Source: a virus. From it: a DNA stretch of 64,000 nucleotides. Shown one piece after another: positions 41,794-50,180 of the stretch; the first letter of the stretch is position 1, and each line of letters opens with the position of its first letter. Below the pieces are notes generated by a model. The model did not search any database. It was not told the origin of the DNA and saw only the letters and a list, made by a program, of their open reading frames with translations. The DNA is taken from positions 51,161-115,160 of IMG/VR virus record IMGVR_UViG_3300049218_000313; one strand, given 5' to 3'. Both the position numbers and the translations under genes were made by a program.

Positions 41794-42258
41794 TTTCTTC
41801 TTTCTCCTTTTCCAGCAGGATGAGCTTCGCTGCCTCGAAGTCTGCTGCGTCTTTGGTCTCTTGCCGCACCCACGACAGCTCACCGAAGCCGTCGATGCTG
41901 TGGCCGAGCAGCTGGTAGAACTGCTCTCTATCCGCCACGTGCACGTCCATGTACTGGACGACCTTGAACTCGAAGTGACCCGCTTCAAACAGCCGCTTCA
42001 CGATGGCGTTGGGCCTGAAGCGCGCACGATAATCGTTGCTGCCTGCAACCCGCAGAATCTCGATGGCTGCATGGGCTGCGGCCGGTTCAGCACTTTCTCG
42101 TAGAGCCCGATGATGCGCCCCCAGAGCACGCCGTCGAGGATCATGCCCTTGTCGAAGTACTTCTTGATGACGTCCTGCGCCACCTCGCGAAAGTTGATCT
42201 CCTCGATGTCCTTCTTGATCGCCTTCTTCGCTGCCGTGTTCTTACCTACCGCTGTCAT
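41780..42258 (-). pseudogene. Probably frameshifted gene (or two short ORFs, 41998-42258 and 41780-42001)
   Basis: The protein-like frame switches at about 42070-42100; the downstream frame has no start before GTG 42001. Confidence 0.4.
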
Positions 42259-42676
42259 TCGCTCGGTACTCCTTCCACGGGCCCCCGGGGCAGGCCCGGC
42301 ATGTCCCACGCATCATCCGGCACGAACGCGACACGCCGCTTCAGGATGTCGGCCTCAAGCTCCACCGGCTTGATGCCGATGCGCCGTACGGCCTCTTCCT
42401 TCACCACAATCCAGCCGCCAGTTCGGTAGGGGTTGTCGTTGTCGGGACTCTCCTTCGAGTCGACGCTGATAAGAATGATGCCCTTCTCCATCAGCTCCTT
42501 GCACTTGCTGCAGGGCTCCTTGTCGATGACCATCTTGCGTGGCGCCTTGTCGATAACCGTTCACCCATTCGAGCGTCGCGGCGATCTTCTTGCCGAAGCG
42601 CTGCTCCGCATTGAACCAAGAAGCAGCACTCGAGCGACGGGTTCAGGCCGTGCTCAGGCGAAAGAATGATGCCCAT
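42255..42676 (-). pseudogene. Disrupted member of the LSPxHGLNPS...EPC..C...GIILI...NPYRTG phage family
   Basis: N-terminus (MGIILSPEHGLNPSLECCF) and C-terminus (DKAPRKMVIDKEPC...) are in different frames, separated by 65 nt. Confidence 0.6.
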
Positions 42677-43137
42677 CAGCGCACCCCTCGTCGCAAGACT
42701 TCATCGACAGTGCGCATAGTCTTGAGCTGCTTCTCGAACTGCTCGCGCGCCAAGCTCAAAGCTTCCTTGGGCGTTTTTGCGCTGGCGCACCAGATACCGC
42801 CCGAGTAACCGTTCCCGCTGTCATTGATGAAGGCGTTGTACCCGATGACCTTCCCGCCGGTGGTGGCGTTGCTCCCCGTGGTCGATACGGACACGTAGGC
42901 GTAGCCCTCGAGGCCCTGCGCGCTGGCGTACCAGCCACAATTCTCGCGAACACTCGGCTTCCACAACCCGCCAAGCGCCATGCACAACTCGTGTGCCCGC
43001 TGCGTAGCAGTCTGGAATGCTTTCCAGGTGCAGTTGAAGCCGCAGAATGGAGAGCAGTAGACAGACCCGCGGCGTACCGGGGTGTACCAGCGTTCTCCGT
43101 CTTCTCGCTTCCACACTCGCTTCGATGCCTTCATCAT
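42676..43137 (-). CDS. Conserved phage hypothetical protein
   Basis: YCSPFCGFNCT...A..L...LG..W.P.V.EN.GW. Confidence 0.75.
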   Translation of the reverse strand: MMKASKRVWKREDGERWYTPVRRGSVYCSPFCGFNCTWKAFQTATQRAHELCMALGGLWKPSVRENCGWYASAQGLEGYAYVSVSTTGSNATTGGKVIGYNAFINDSGNGYSGGIWCASAKTPKEALSLAREQFEKQLKTMRTVDEVLRRGVR

Positions 43138-43343
43138 CCCTCCTCGCCGGCACTAGGCTTGTTGGCGAACCCGTTCTGGCACACGTAGCTTGCGACGCGG
43201 CTGAGGGGCAGCTCGTAGGTGGTCCGGCTGCCTTTGGGCCGCACGGTCACCGCCCCGCTGTCTCGGTCGATGTAGAGGGTTCCCTCCTTCTCGCCGCCAG
43301 CCGAGTCAAGCTTGCCCCTCACTTTGAATGCCGCCTTACTCAT
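43134..43343 (-). CDS. Hypothetical protein
   Basis: GGAGG RBS before MSKAAF. Confidence 0.65.
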   Translation of the reverse strand: MSKAAFKVRGKLDSAGGEKEGTLYIDRDSGAVTVRPKGSRTTYELPLSRVASYVCQNGFANKPSAGEEG

Positions 43344-43612
43344 GTAGTCCTCCATGTAGTGAATGCTTCGGCCAAGACGTCGGCCGCCTGCAGTGGCGTG
43401 CGCACCATCCTGCGCGTGTACCCACCCAAGACGTGCGGGTTGTCCCGCACCTGGGCCGGTAACAAGTCGCACAGGGAGATGTAGAACCCGACGAACACGC
43501 TCATGTGGTCATCGAACTCTTTCGCCAGATCGCCGTTTATCCAAAGCATGAGAAGAAAAGCAGGCTCCTGCTGAGCCTCTACAACTCGCTTCGTCCAGGC
43601 ATTGACGTCCAT
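43340..43612 (-). CDS. Hypothetical protein (90 aa)
   Basis: GAGG RBS, first gene after a promoter motif. Confidence 0.65.
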   Translation of the reverse strand: MDVNAWTKRVVEAQQEPAFLLMLWINGDLAKEFDDHMSVFVGFYISLCDLLPAQVRDNPHVLGGYTRRMVRTPLQAADVLAEAFTTWRTT

Positions 43613-43627
43613 CGTAGAACCTCTCTG

Positions 43628-43660
43628 TTTCTTATCCCCCCTTCTTGCTTGAGCTTGCAG
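43628..43660 (-). promoter_or_regulatory. AAR-N18-ATAAG promoter motif directly behind a terminator
   Basis: TGCAAG-N18-ATAAGAAA with gggggATAAG. Confidence 0.65.
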
Positions 43661-43661
43661 C

Positions 43662-43688
43662 TAGAAGAAGCGGGCCCCCGAAGGGGCC
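43662..43688 (-). terminator. Intrinsic terminator
   Basis: GGCCCC-TTCG-GGGGCC followed by CGCTTCTTCTAGC. Confidence 0.75.
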
Positions 43689-43700
43689 ACGCCTCAGTGC

Positions 43701-44108
43701 TCAGTCGTCGTCATCCGGGTCGTGGGTACCGAGCAGCTTGCCGACCTCCTTGGTATCGAGCGTGACCTGGTCTCTGCCCGTGATGGCCAGGTGGCGCAGC
43801 GTGTTCCTGATGTCCTTGACCTGCTGCGTGGACGGACGCTTGGGCGGCCGCGGTGCACCCGCAAAGAAGAGCGAGGCATCGAAGCCGGCGCCGCCGTAGT
43901 TACGGCCCTCGCGGTTGAACAGCTCCTCGAGCGTGATGCGGGCGACACGCTTTGCGCCGTGTTCCTTGAGCCAGCTGGTCATGTCCAGGCGCCAGTCGTG
44001 GATAGCGCTGTTGTACGCGCCGAGGTCCTTCTTGTGCTGCTCCTGCAGCTCCTTCATGCGCTTGCGCAGCTCGGCCGCAAACTTCAACACATTGATCTTG
44101 GTCTGCAT
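43701..44108 (-). CDS. Hypothetical coiled-coil protein
   Basis: GC3-rich; start MQTKINV. Confidence 0.7.
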   Translation of the reverse strand: MQTKINVLKFAAELRKRMKELQEQHKKDLGAYNSAIHDWRLDMTSWLKEHGAKRVARITLEELFNREGRNYGGAGFDASLFFAGAPRPPKRPSTQQVKDIRNTLRHLAITGRDQVTLDTKEVGKLLGTHDPDDDD

Positions 44109-44145
44109 CAGCGTCTTCTCTTTCTGCTGTTCTGTCGGCTGGCGG

Positions 44146-44958
44146 TCACCACAGCTTGGCCGCGCTAGTGAAACCCGCAGCGTTCTTGTGCCCACCCCCG
44201 CCGTACTTTTTCGCGACCTCCGACACGTCGACGTCGCTCGTTGCGCTAGAGCGCAGTGAGTACTGGAACACGCCGTCATTGCGCTCGAACCAGCCAACGG
44301 CAAACGGCTTGTCCTTGGCCAGGTGCTGCAGCAGCTCGCTGATGTTGATGTAGGGCGCGTTGATGACGGGAACTGGCTGCGGGCTGTGCTCGGTGTAGAC
44401 CTCGCGCGCCTGCACCGACATCTCCTCGACGTAGCGGTCGACATACCTCAGAACCGCAGCACCTTGCTCGCTGGCCTTAGCCATGCCTTCCTGAAGCAGC
44501 CACGTCCAGTCCAGGAACCTGGTGCGTGTCTGCGCACCGATCCAAGCGTTGACCTGCTTGCTCCCTGAAAGCTTGAAGCGCCACAGGTCTCGGTCCTCGA
44601 CGTAGTCGATGAGCCAGGGTCGCGTGTCGGCACCGTGGAAGTAGTCCCAGGTCATGCCAGCGCCTGAGCGCTCCATGTCGAAGAGCGCGTAGGACAAACC
44701 TTCGAGCTCGACTCGTGCAGTCCTATGGTGGTCGAGCACGAGTAGTTCCCTCGCCTCTCGGTGCATGTCGATGAGCACTTCTCGCGGGTAGCTGAAGTCC
44801 ACGATGTAGACATCGCGGCCTCGCACAGAAGGTGCTGCGTCGCCGTGGTTGGCGGGCAAGTACTCGGTGTCGTGGTCACCGAACCTGCACCAGATGGCCC
44901 AGGCAGCGGTGAAGCCGTCAACGCAGCGGTCGTGGTAGATGACGAGTCGTTTCTTCAT
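44146..44958 (-). CDS. DHH/DHHA1 phosphoesterase
   Basis: YHDRCVDG, IVDFS, LDHH, DRDLW, SLRS, YGGGGHKNAAGF. Confidence 0.9.
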   Translation of the reverse strand: MKKRLVIYHDRCVDGFTAAWAIWCRFGDHDTEYLPANHGDAAPSVRGRDVYIVDFSYPREVLIDMHREARELLVLDHHRTARVELEGLSYALFDMERSGAGMTWDYFHGADTRPWLIDYVEDRDLWRFKLSGSKQVNAWIGAQTRTRFLDWTWLLQEGMAKASEQGAAVLRYVDRYVEEMSVQAREVYTEHSPQPVPVINAPYINISELLQHLAKDKPFAVGWFERNDGVFQYSLRSSATSDVDVSEVAKKYGGGGHKNAAGFTSAAKLW

Positions 44959-45353
44959 GGAGACTCCTTGTTCGACGAGAAGAGGTCTACCGCCAGCTCG
45001 TAACAGTCGCGGCACTCCGCATCGCAGTAGACCCCGTTGTTAGTGAGAAGCCCGCAGCACAAGCAGGGAACCGCGGTCATCTTCGTCTCGGCCTCGAAGA
45101 TGTGGCGCTGCATGTCTTCCTCGCTGAGCCGCTCGAGCAGTGCCTTCGCGTTGCGCGGGTCAGCGAAGGTGATGACGTAGTTCTTGCCGAGAGGCGCCGT
45201 AGTAAAGGCAGGGCCGGAGTCGGTCAGGCGCGGCTGGCCCTCGATGACGGGAGGCAGCGCCTCGGCGAAGGCGGCGAATGGGCGCAAGGCATCTCGTAGT
45301 TCCACCGGCTGCTGGCAGAGTCGGGCAATCTCCGCTCCGCTGATGACCTTCAT
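44955..45353 (-). CDS. Hypothetical protein with C-terminal Zn finger
   Basis: CLCCG...YCDAECRDC. Confidence 0.65.
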   Translation of the reverse strand: MKVISGAEIARLCQQPVELRDALRPFAAFAEALPPVIEGQPRLTDSGPAFTTAPLGKNYVITFADPRNAKALLERLSEEDMQRHIFEAETKMTAVPCLCCGLLTNNGVYCDAECRDCYELAVDLFSSNKESP

Positions 45354-45613
45354 TCTTCTGCTTCCCAGTCCTTGATGGTGAGGCGCGGACGGTAGTAGGT
45401 ACCAGGCTTGTACCCGGGTTTGGATGTCCGCGCTGGCTTGTTCTGACGCCCGAGCTTGCGCCACTTCTTGTCGCAGTTGTGGCAGCACAACCTGTCATGC
45501 GGCTTCTTCACCTCGGCTGCGGTTTTGGCGGACAGGCCGCAGATCGTGAAGTCACACGCAGAATCAAAGACAAGATGCACCTCGTCGCCGAAGGGCAACT
45601 TCACGTAGCGCAT
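45350..45613 (-). CDS. Small basic Zn-finger protein
   Basis: H...TICG...CCHNC; GGAGG RBS. Confidence 0.7.
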   Translation of the reverse strand: MRYVKLPFGDEVHLVFDSACDFTICGLSAKTAAEVKKPHDRLCCHNCDKKWRKLGRQNKPARTSKPGYKPGTYYRPRLTIKDWEAEE

Positions 45614-45622
45614 GACCGCCTC

Positions 45623-46096
45623 CTAGAAGTCGACAGGGATGACGTGGCCGTTGGTCAGCTTCACGAGTAGACGCGTGCCCGCGGCCTCGAACTTTGTCTC
45701 GGGGCCGAACGTGCGTCGCAGCTCGAGGCGGAGCCGGTCTGGGAACGTGTCCGCGTCGCCGTCCTTCTTGGCCAGGCGGATGATCACAGCCGTCTTTGCT
45801 AGCTCCGTCGGTGTGGGCTGCGCCTCGGCCACCTTGAAGAGCTTCTCGGCGAGCTCGCGTGTGAAGCGCAGCACGACCGGCGGCTGCTTGCGTACCCCCG
45901 TGCCGTCGTAGCTGCGAGAACCCCTGGGGTAGCCCTGGTTCTCGATGCTGAAGCTAACGACCAGGACGTGCCACCCCTCGACCTTGCCGGTGAAGGCGCG
46001 GGCCGAGGGGTCATTGCGGGTCACTTCACCGCCGAGATTGTCAGCGGTCCATTGGATCTTCTCGGCTTGCTCGGCGAGCTGCTTGAGAAGGCCCAT
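45623..46096 (-). CDS. Hypothetical protein
   Basis: GC3-rich; start MGLLKQL. Confidence 0.7.
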   Translation of the reverse strand: MGLLKQLAEQAEKIQWTADNLGGEVTRNDPSARAFTGKVEGWHVLVVSFSIENQGYPRGSRSYDGTGVRKQPPVVLRFTRELAEKLFKVAEAQPTPTELAKTAVIIRLAKKDGDADTFPDRLRLELRRTFGPETKFEAAGTRLLVKLTNGHVIPVDF

Positions 46097-46118
46097 GGTC
46101 TCTTCTTGGGTCACCATC

Positions 46119-46364
46119 TTACTCGCCCTCGTCCTCTGTTGGCCAACCCAGCATCCGGTGCTCCGTCTGACGCACATCACGGCAAGCCTGGGAGCAAAGA
46201 ATAGTCTCGTGCTCAACTGTCCGCGCGGCGTAATGCGCCCACACGCAGAAGCGGCATATACGCTGCGAGCACACCGAGCACTTCAAGAGGGGCTCACCAT
46301 GCCCGGAGAGCCCGCAGTTGCTGCAGCTCTTCGGGTCGTCGATCCCAACGATGAAGCCCGTCAC
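46119..46364 (-). CDS. Small multi-Cys Zn-finger protein
   Basis: CSNCG...CSVCSQRICRFC..H...CSQAC; GTG overlaps the upstream TAG. Confidence 0.55.
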   Translation of the reverse strand: MTGFIVGIDDPKSCSNCGLSGHGEPLLKCSVCSQRICRFCVWAHYAARTVEHETILCSQACRDVRQTEHRMLGWPTEDEGE

Positions 46365-47032
46365 TACGCTGCTGTCCCCTCGGGAGGGATGTACTCGGGC
46401 TTGCTGTCGGAGCTCCACATCCCGCAGGGGATGTTCTTGTCCGCCCAGTCCTCGAGGAGCTTGGTGAGCTCGGCTGCCTTCTCGCTCGATACGTCGGGCC
46501 AGTCGGAAGCCACCTCTCCGAGCTCGTCGTAGGCCCGCTCTCCCATTGCTTCGAGGACCCAATCGCCCTCTGGTGTGAACTTACTGGCCTGCACCGGCGA
46601 CCCCGAACTAATCCAGAAGCCCTCGTTGCGGTAGTACTCCCGGCCCTCCTTGATGATCTCCTCACGTGAGCTCGCAGAGCCCAGCCAGACCTCAGCCTGG
46701 TCGGAGTCAGCGTAGCCCCAGACCTGCGTAGGCCCGGAAGGAGGCGCAGGCTCTGTGGGCGTGTCGAGTGCCGGCGGCACTAGCGACAGGCAGGTGTGGA
46801 ACCGCGCAGGCACCGGGTGAGACGTTTCCTCCGTGCCGATCTCTACCTCGATGCGGCAAGCCTGGCACACGGGCCTGTCCGCCCGGAACTCGTCACGGTA
46901 GGCCTTCATGCGTGTCTCGATGCGCGTGAGCGCGATCTCGATCTGCCTGGGCTCCTTCAACTGCAGCGCGTCGCGCGCAAAGCTGAGGGCAAGATGGTCC
47001 AAGTACCGCGGGCTGATCTTATCGTCGCTCAT
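46364..47032 (-). CDS. Hypothetical two-domain protein
   Basis: CQAC...HTC followed by an acidic domain. Confidence 0.7.
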   Translation of the reverse strand: MSDDKISPRYLDHLALSFARDALQLKEPRQIEIALTRIETRMKAYRDEFRADRPVCQACRIEVEIGTEETSHPVPARFHTCLSLVPPALDTPTEPAPPSGPTQVWGYADSDQAEVWLGSASSREEIIKEGREYYRNEGFWISSGSPVQASKFTPEGDWVLEAMGERAYDELGEVASDWPDVSSEKAAELTKLLEDWADKNIPCGMWSSDSKPEYIPPEGTAA

Positions 47033-47352
47033 GTTTTCACCGTAAGTCCAGGGTCTGCGATGGTTCCGCTGACCACAGACGGCTCAAGCTTTTTGCCACA
47101 AAACGGGCAGTAGTGGATGGCGAAGAAGCTCGAGCCGCCGTCCTTGATCGGGATGACGAACCGCACGCCAGCCGAGGGGTGGTAGCCCGTTAGGGCAGCA
47201 ACGCCGCGCCCACGGTCGACGATGACCGCATCGGAGCACTGCATGTCGATGGGGTCATGGTGCGGACAGGGCGGCAGCGTGAGGATTGACTTCATCGTGT
47301 CGCAGCACCACTTGCCGGCGGTGGGTGCTTTCTTCTCTACTTCTTTCTTCAA
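47029..47352 (-). CDS. Cys-rich hypothetical protein
   Basis: WCCDTM...CPHH...IHYCPFCGKKL; TTG start after GAGGAG. Confidence 0.65.
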   Translation of the reverse strand: MKKEVEKKAPTAGKWCCDTMKSILTLPPCPHHDPIDMQCSDAVIVDRGRGVAALTGYHPSAGVRFVIPIKDGGSSFFAIHYCPFCGKKLEPSVVSGTIADPGLTVKT

Positions 47353-47356
47353 TGGA

Positions 47357-47539
47357 CTACCACTCCTCTCCAGCACCGCTGAGGTGCTTCGCGTCGTGAC
47401 CAAGATGTGCGACGCAGCGTCCGTACGATACGGAGAACGCGCTGCACGCGTGTTTCTCGCAGTACTCGCTTGCTACAGCGGCGAGCATGGTGGGGCAGCC
47501 CGGCTCCGCGCACCGGTGCTTCTTTCTCCTGGGCTTCAT
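47357..47539 (-). CDS. Small Cys/His protein (60 aa)
   Basis: CAEPGC...YCEKH...C...GH...H. Confidence 0.6.
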   Translation of the reverse strand: MKPRRKKHRCAEPGCPTMLAAVASEYCEKHACSAFSVSYGRCVAHLGHDAKHLSGAGEEW

Positions 47540-47541
47540 GG

Positions 47542-48132
47542 TCAGGCCGCCGCGCTCTGCGAGAACGCCTCGTCGAACTCGACCTTCTTCTTCACCAGCG
47601 CCGTAGACGCTGCATCATGCTCACGCGAAGCCGCGGCTAAAGCCAGAGTGGCTTCCTCGACTCGGCGCTTGCATTCCTTGACCTGGTCCTCGGTGAGCGT
47701 GGCGTAGACCCTGGCGTCCTTGAGCTCCTTGAACAGTCTGTCCATGCGCTGCTCAAGGGTCTCAGTGCGGGCCTCGTCTTCCTCTATGAGGGCCCTGCGG
47801 ACTGCCTCGAGATCGGCGTGAACGCTGAGCTGCTCGCTCGATGGCGGCGATGGCGGCGCTGCTGCCGCGTCGTTGTCTGCTGCGCGCGGCTCCTGCCGGC
47901 TTCGGGCCTCGGCCTTCGACGGCACGGGCCAGATGAACCCACCCCGCTTCAGGTCTCGGATGTTGTTCATGTAGGCGTGCGGATCGTCGCTCATGCTGAT
48001 GACGATGATGGGCTTCGTCTTGTCGGGCGGCACTGCTTTGAAGTGCCCCCGATTCGTCTGCTCGACCGTCCAGCCCTGGTCGTCCAGCGCGCTGAAGATC
48101 TCTTTGTACTGCTTGGCCCCTGTACTCGACAT
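47542..48132 (-). CDS. HicA-like mRNA interferase domain fused to a coiled coil
   Basis: IFSALDDQGWTVEQTNRGHFKAVPP...SDDPHAYMNNIRDLKRGG; C-terminal heptads. Confidence 0.6.
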   Translation of the reverse strand: MSSTGAKQYKEIFSALDDQGWTVEQTNRGHFKAVPPDKTKPIIVISMSDDPHAYMNNIRDLKRGGFIWPVPSKAEARSRQEPRAADNDAAAAPPSPPSSEQLSVHADLEAVRRALIEEDEARTETLEQRMDRLFKELKDARVYATLTEDQVKECKRRVEEATLALAAASREHDAASTALVKKKVEFDEAFSQSAAA

Positions 48133-48148
48133 GGTAGGTCTCCCATTG

Positions 48149-48180
48149 TTCTTATGCCCGAACGGGCATTGTACTTCTAC
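48149..48180 (-). promoter_or_regulatory. AAR-N18-ATAAG promoter motif with embedded hairpin
   Basis: TAGAAG-N18-ATAAGAAC; ATGCCCG-TT-CGGGCAT inverted repeat ends in the ATAAG. Confidence 0.65.
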
Positions 48181-49040
48181 TTCTTCAAGAGGCTAACGTG
48201 AAGTGGCCCACGCAACGGCTCCTTCACGTGAACAGAACAAGGACGCTTGGTGTGCATGAGCCACACGAAGTCGGTCCTTGAGATGCTGACGTGTACCGCG
48301 CAGCCGCAGCGCAGCTCGGCGTCGCGAGAACCCTTGTGCCCTTTAAAAAGACCAGGCTTACAGCCGATCTTCTTGTACCGTCCGGTTAGTGCCTTGTTGT
48401 TGCCCGCGTGCATGTACCTGCTGTTGCCAGGCCCGTACGTGCGCACATACATCAGTCGCCGCTCGAACAGGCGCAGGGTCTTGGCTGAAGGCGTAGGCGG
48501 TGGCTCCTCCACGGGCGGTACTAGGTCCTCGGGCGCAAGGCGCGGCGGCCTGTCGATGAAGCGCAGGCCGTGCGTGCGGTCGAAGTCTTTCAAGTTGGAC
48601 AGCACCCGCTGGGCGACTTCCTCATCCGTGAGGTCGAGCTTGCGGCCTGAAACAAGGAAGTCCGCCGTGGACGTGCTCCCGAGGGCGAGGAAGCAGCCCA
48701 CCAGTCGTCGTAGGCGGAACGTGCCGAGGGCGAGCAGGCCCTCGACCGTTCCAGGAGCCTCGCGAAGGCCCACGAACTGGAGCACTGCATGCACCGCCTC
48801 GGCAATCTCCCGGTGCTTGGCGTGACGGATGTTCGAGGGCGGATCGTAGACCTGCAGGTCGTAGGCGATGCAGTGCAGCTTGTAGGAGTCTAGCTTGCAG
48901 AGCTCCTCAAGGCTGGCCGGCACATACCAGCAGAACCTTGTGACAGGTACAGGTACAGGCTCACCCAGCATGAGAGCCTCAATGGCGCGTACTTTACGCA
49001 GGGTCTTGCTGAGGCGCTTGTGCTTCTTCTTTTTGCCCAT
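48177..49040 (-). CDS. Hypothetical basic protein
   Basis: 287-aa ORF, GAAGGGG RBS, C-terminal CGC...C..H. Confidence 0.65.
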   Translation of the reverse strand: MGKKKKHKRLSKTLRKVRAIEALMLGEPVPVPVTRFCWYVPASLEELCKLDSYKLHCIAYDLQVYDPPSNIRHAKHREIAEAVHAVLQFVGLREAPGTVEGLLALGTFRLRRLVGCFLALGSTSTADFLVSGRKLDLTDEEVAQRVLSNLKDFDRTHGLRFIDRPPRLAPEDLVPPVEEPPPTPSAKTLRLFERRLMYVRTYGPGNSRYMHAGNNKALTGRYKKIGCKPGLFKGHKGSRDAELRCGCAVHVSISRTDFVWLMHTKRPCSVHVKEPLRGPLHVSLLKK

Positions 49041-49170
49041 GCCCCTTCTCCTGGTCTCGCCGCGCTTTAGTCTCCGCGCACTCGAAGATGCCTTGGCGCC
49101 GGGCTTCTACTTCTCGTTCCTTGAGCGTCCCGCGTAGTAGGCGCGTCTCAAGCTCCGTCAGGTACGGCAT
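48994..49170 (-). CDS. Small hypothetical protein
   Basis: TGATG overlap with the upstream gene; 3' end overlaps the next gene. Confidence 0.4.
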   Translation of the reverse strand: MPYLTELETRLLRGTLKEREVEARRQGIFECAETKARRDQEKGHGQKEEAQAPQQDPA

Positions 49171-49580
49171 CACTTCTCCGGTCTCGGGCAGTGGCCACAA
49201 CGGAACCCTCCAGCGGGGTGAGCCCAGACGGCCCTCGCTCCGCAAAGGTCGCAGAGCACATCGATGCGCTTCCACGTCGGCTTTGGCGGCTTGAGGGTCT
49301 TCTTGTACTCCTGCACCGTCATCACCGTCGCGTAGCTAGGGCCAAAGAACCTTAGGAAGGCTACCCTGCACGCGTCGCAAAGGGACATGCTGCCCTTCTG
49401 GCCGTCTTTGCCGGGCTTGTTCTCGATGGCCACGCAGGAAGCTCCGTGGTAGCAGCGGACCATCTCCGGGCGACCACCGATGGTCATGAATGAGTGGCCG
49501 TTGGAGCTCTCGGCTTGGCAGCGCTCCAAGTCCGGCGGTGTCAGCGGCTTCGGCTTCTTGCCTTTTCTTGCCTTGGTCAT
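49170..49580 (-). CDS. Zn-finger hypothetical protein
   Basis: RCQAE...MSLCDAC; CDLC...FRCGHC. Confidence 0.7.
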   Translation of the reverse strand: MTKARKGKKPKPLTPPDLERCQAESSNGHSFMTIGGRPEMVRCYHGASCVAIENKPGKDGQKGSMSLCDACRVAFLRFFGPSYATVMTVQEYKKTLKPPKPTWKRIDVLCDLCGARAVWAHPAGGFRCGHCPRPEK

Positions 49581-49768
49581 TTCGTGAACGCCTTTCGCCA
49601 ATCCGCGGGGGCGAAGCCACCCTTCGTCAACCACTCGTCGAGCGCGTCGAAGGCGGCGGCTAGGTCGCTTGCAAGCTCGGCCTGCTCGTCGTATGGCATC
49701 GCCCCATCGTCCTCGAGCAACTTGGCGGTAGCTTCCCGCGCTACGCGCAGAGCTTCATCAGGGTCCAT
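49577..49768 (-). CDS. Small helical hypothetical protein
   Basis: MDPDEAL...LAAAFDALDEWLTKGGFAP.DW; AAGGAG RBS. Confidence 0.7.
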   Translation of the reverse strand: MDPDEALRVAREATAKLLEDDGAMPYDEQAELASDLAAAFDALDEWLTKGGFAPADWRKAFTK

Positions 49769-49805
49769 CTACTGCTCCTTCTGGTGGCAGATACTCCTGC
49801 CAGTT

Positions 49806-49836
49806 CTCTTATACCGCTCGAGCTAGCGGTTCTTCC
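49806..49836 (-). promoter_or_regulatory. AAR-N18-ATAAG-type promoter motif with embedded hairpin
   Basis: GGAAGA-N18-ATAAGAG; the 18-nt spacer is ACCGCT-AGCTCG-AGCGGT. Confidence 0.6.
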
Positions 49837-49856
49837 GCCCCAGGGAGCAGCCTCGA

Positions 49857-50141
49857 CTACTCGTCCTCTTCGTCGTGGGCGCAGTTGTCGTCGTGCGGAT
49901 GGCCGCGCATGTCGGCGCTGACGTGGATGCCTCCGTCGTCCAGCACCTTCACTGCGGCGGGGGTGCCGTCCTTCTTCAGCCGGGAAGCCGGACGACGGTT
50001 GAGCACCTCCATCTGACGGCGCTGACGGCGGTTGCCGACCTTGAGGGCCGGGGTCTGGGCCTGCACCTGGGCGGTGACCCGCTCCCGGTGGACGGCTCGC
50101 TCGATGTGGTTGTTGAGAGCCCTAGCTCGGTACGACTTCAT
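49857..50141 (-). CDS. Small basic hypothetical protein
   Basis: GC3-rich 94-aa ORF. Confidence 0.6.
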   Translation of the reverse strand: MKSYRARALNNHIERAVHRERVTAQVQAQTPALKVGNRRQRRQMEVLNRRPASRLKKDGTPAAVKVLDDGGIHVSADMRGHPHDDNCAHDEEDE

Positions 50142-50180
50142 GCACCCAGAACTACAACCGCGATGTAGCTATTGCAAGTA

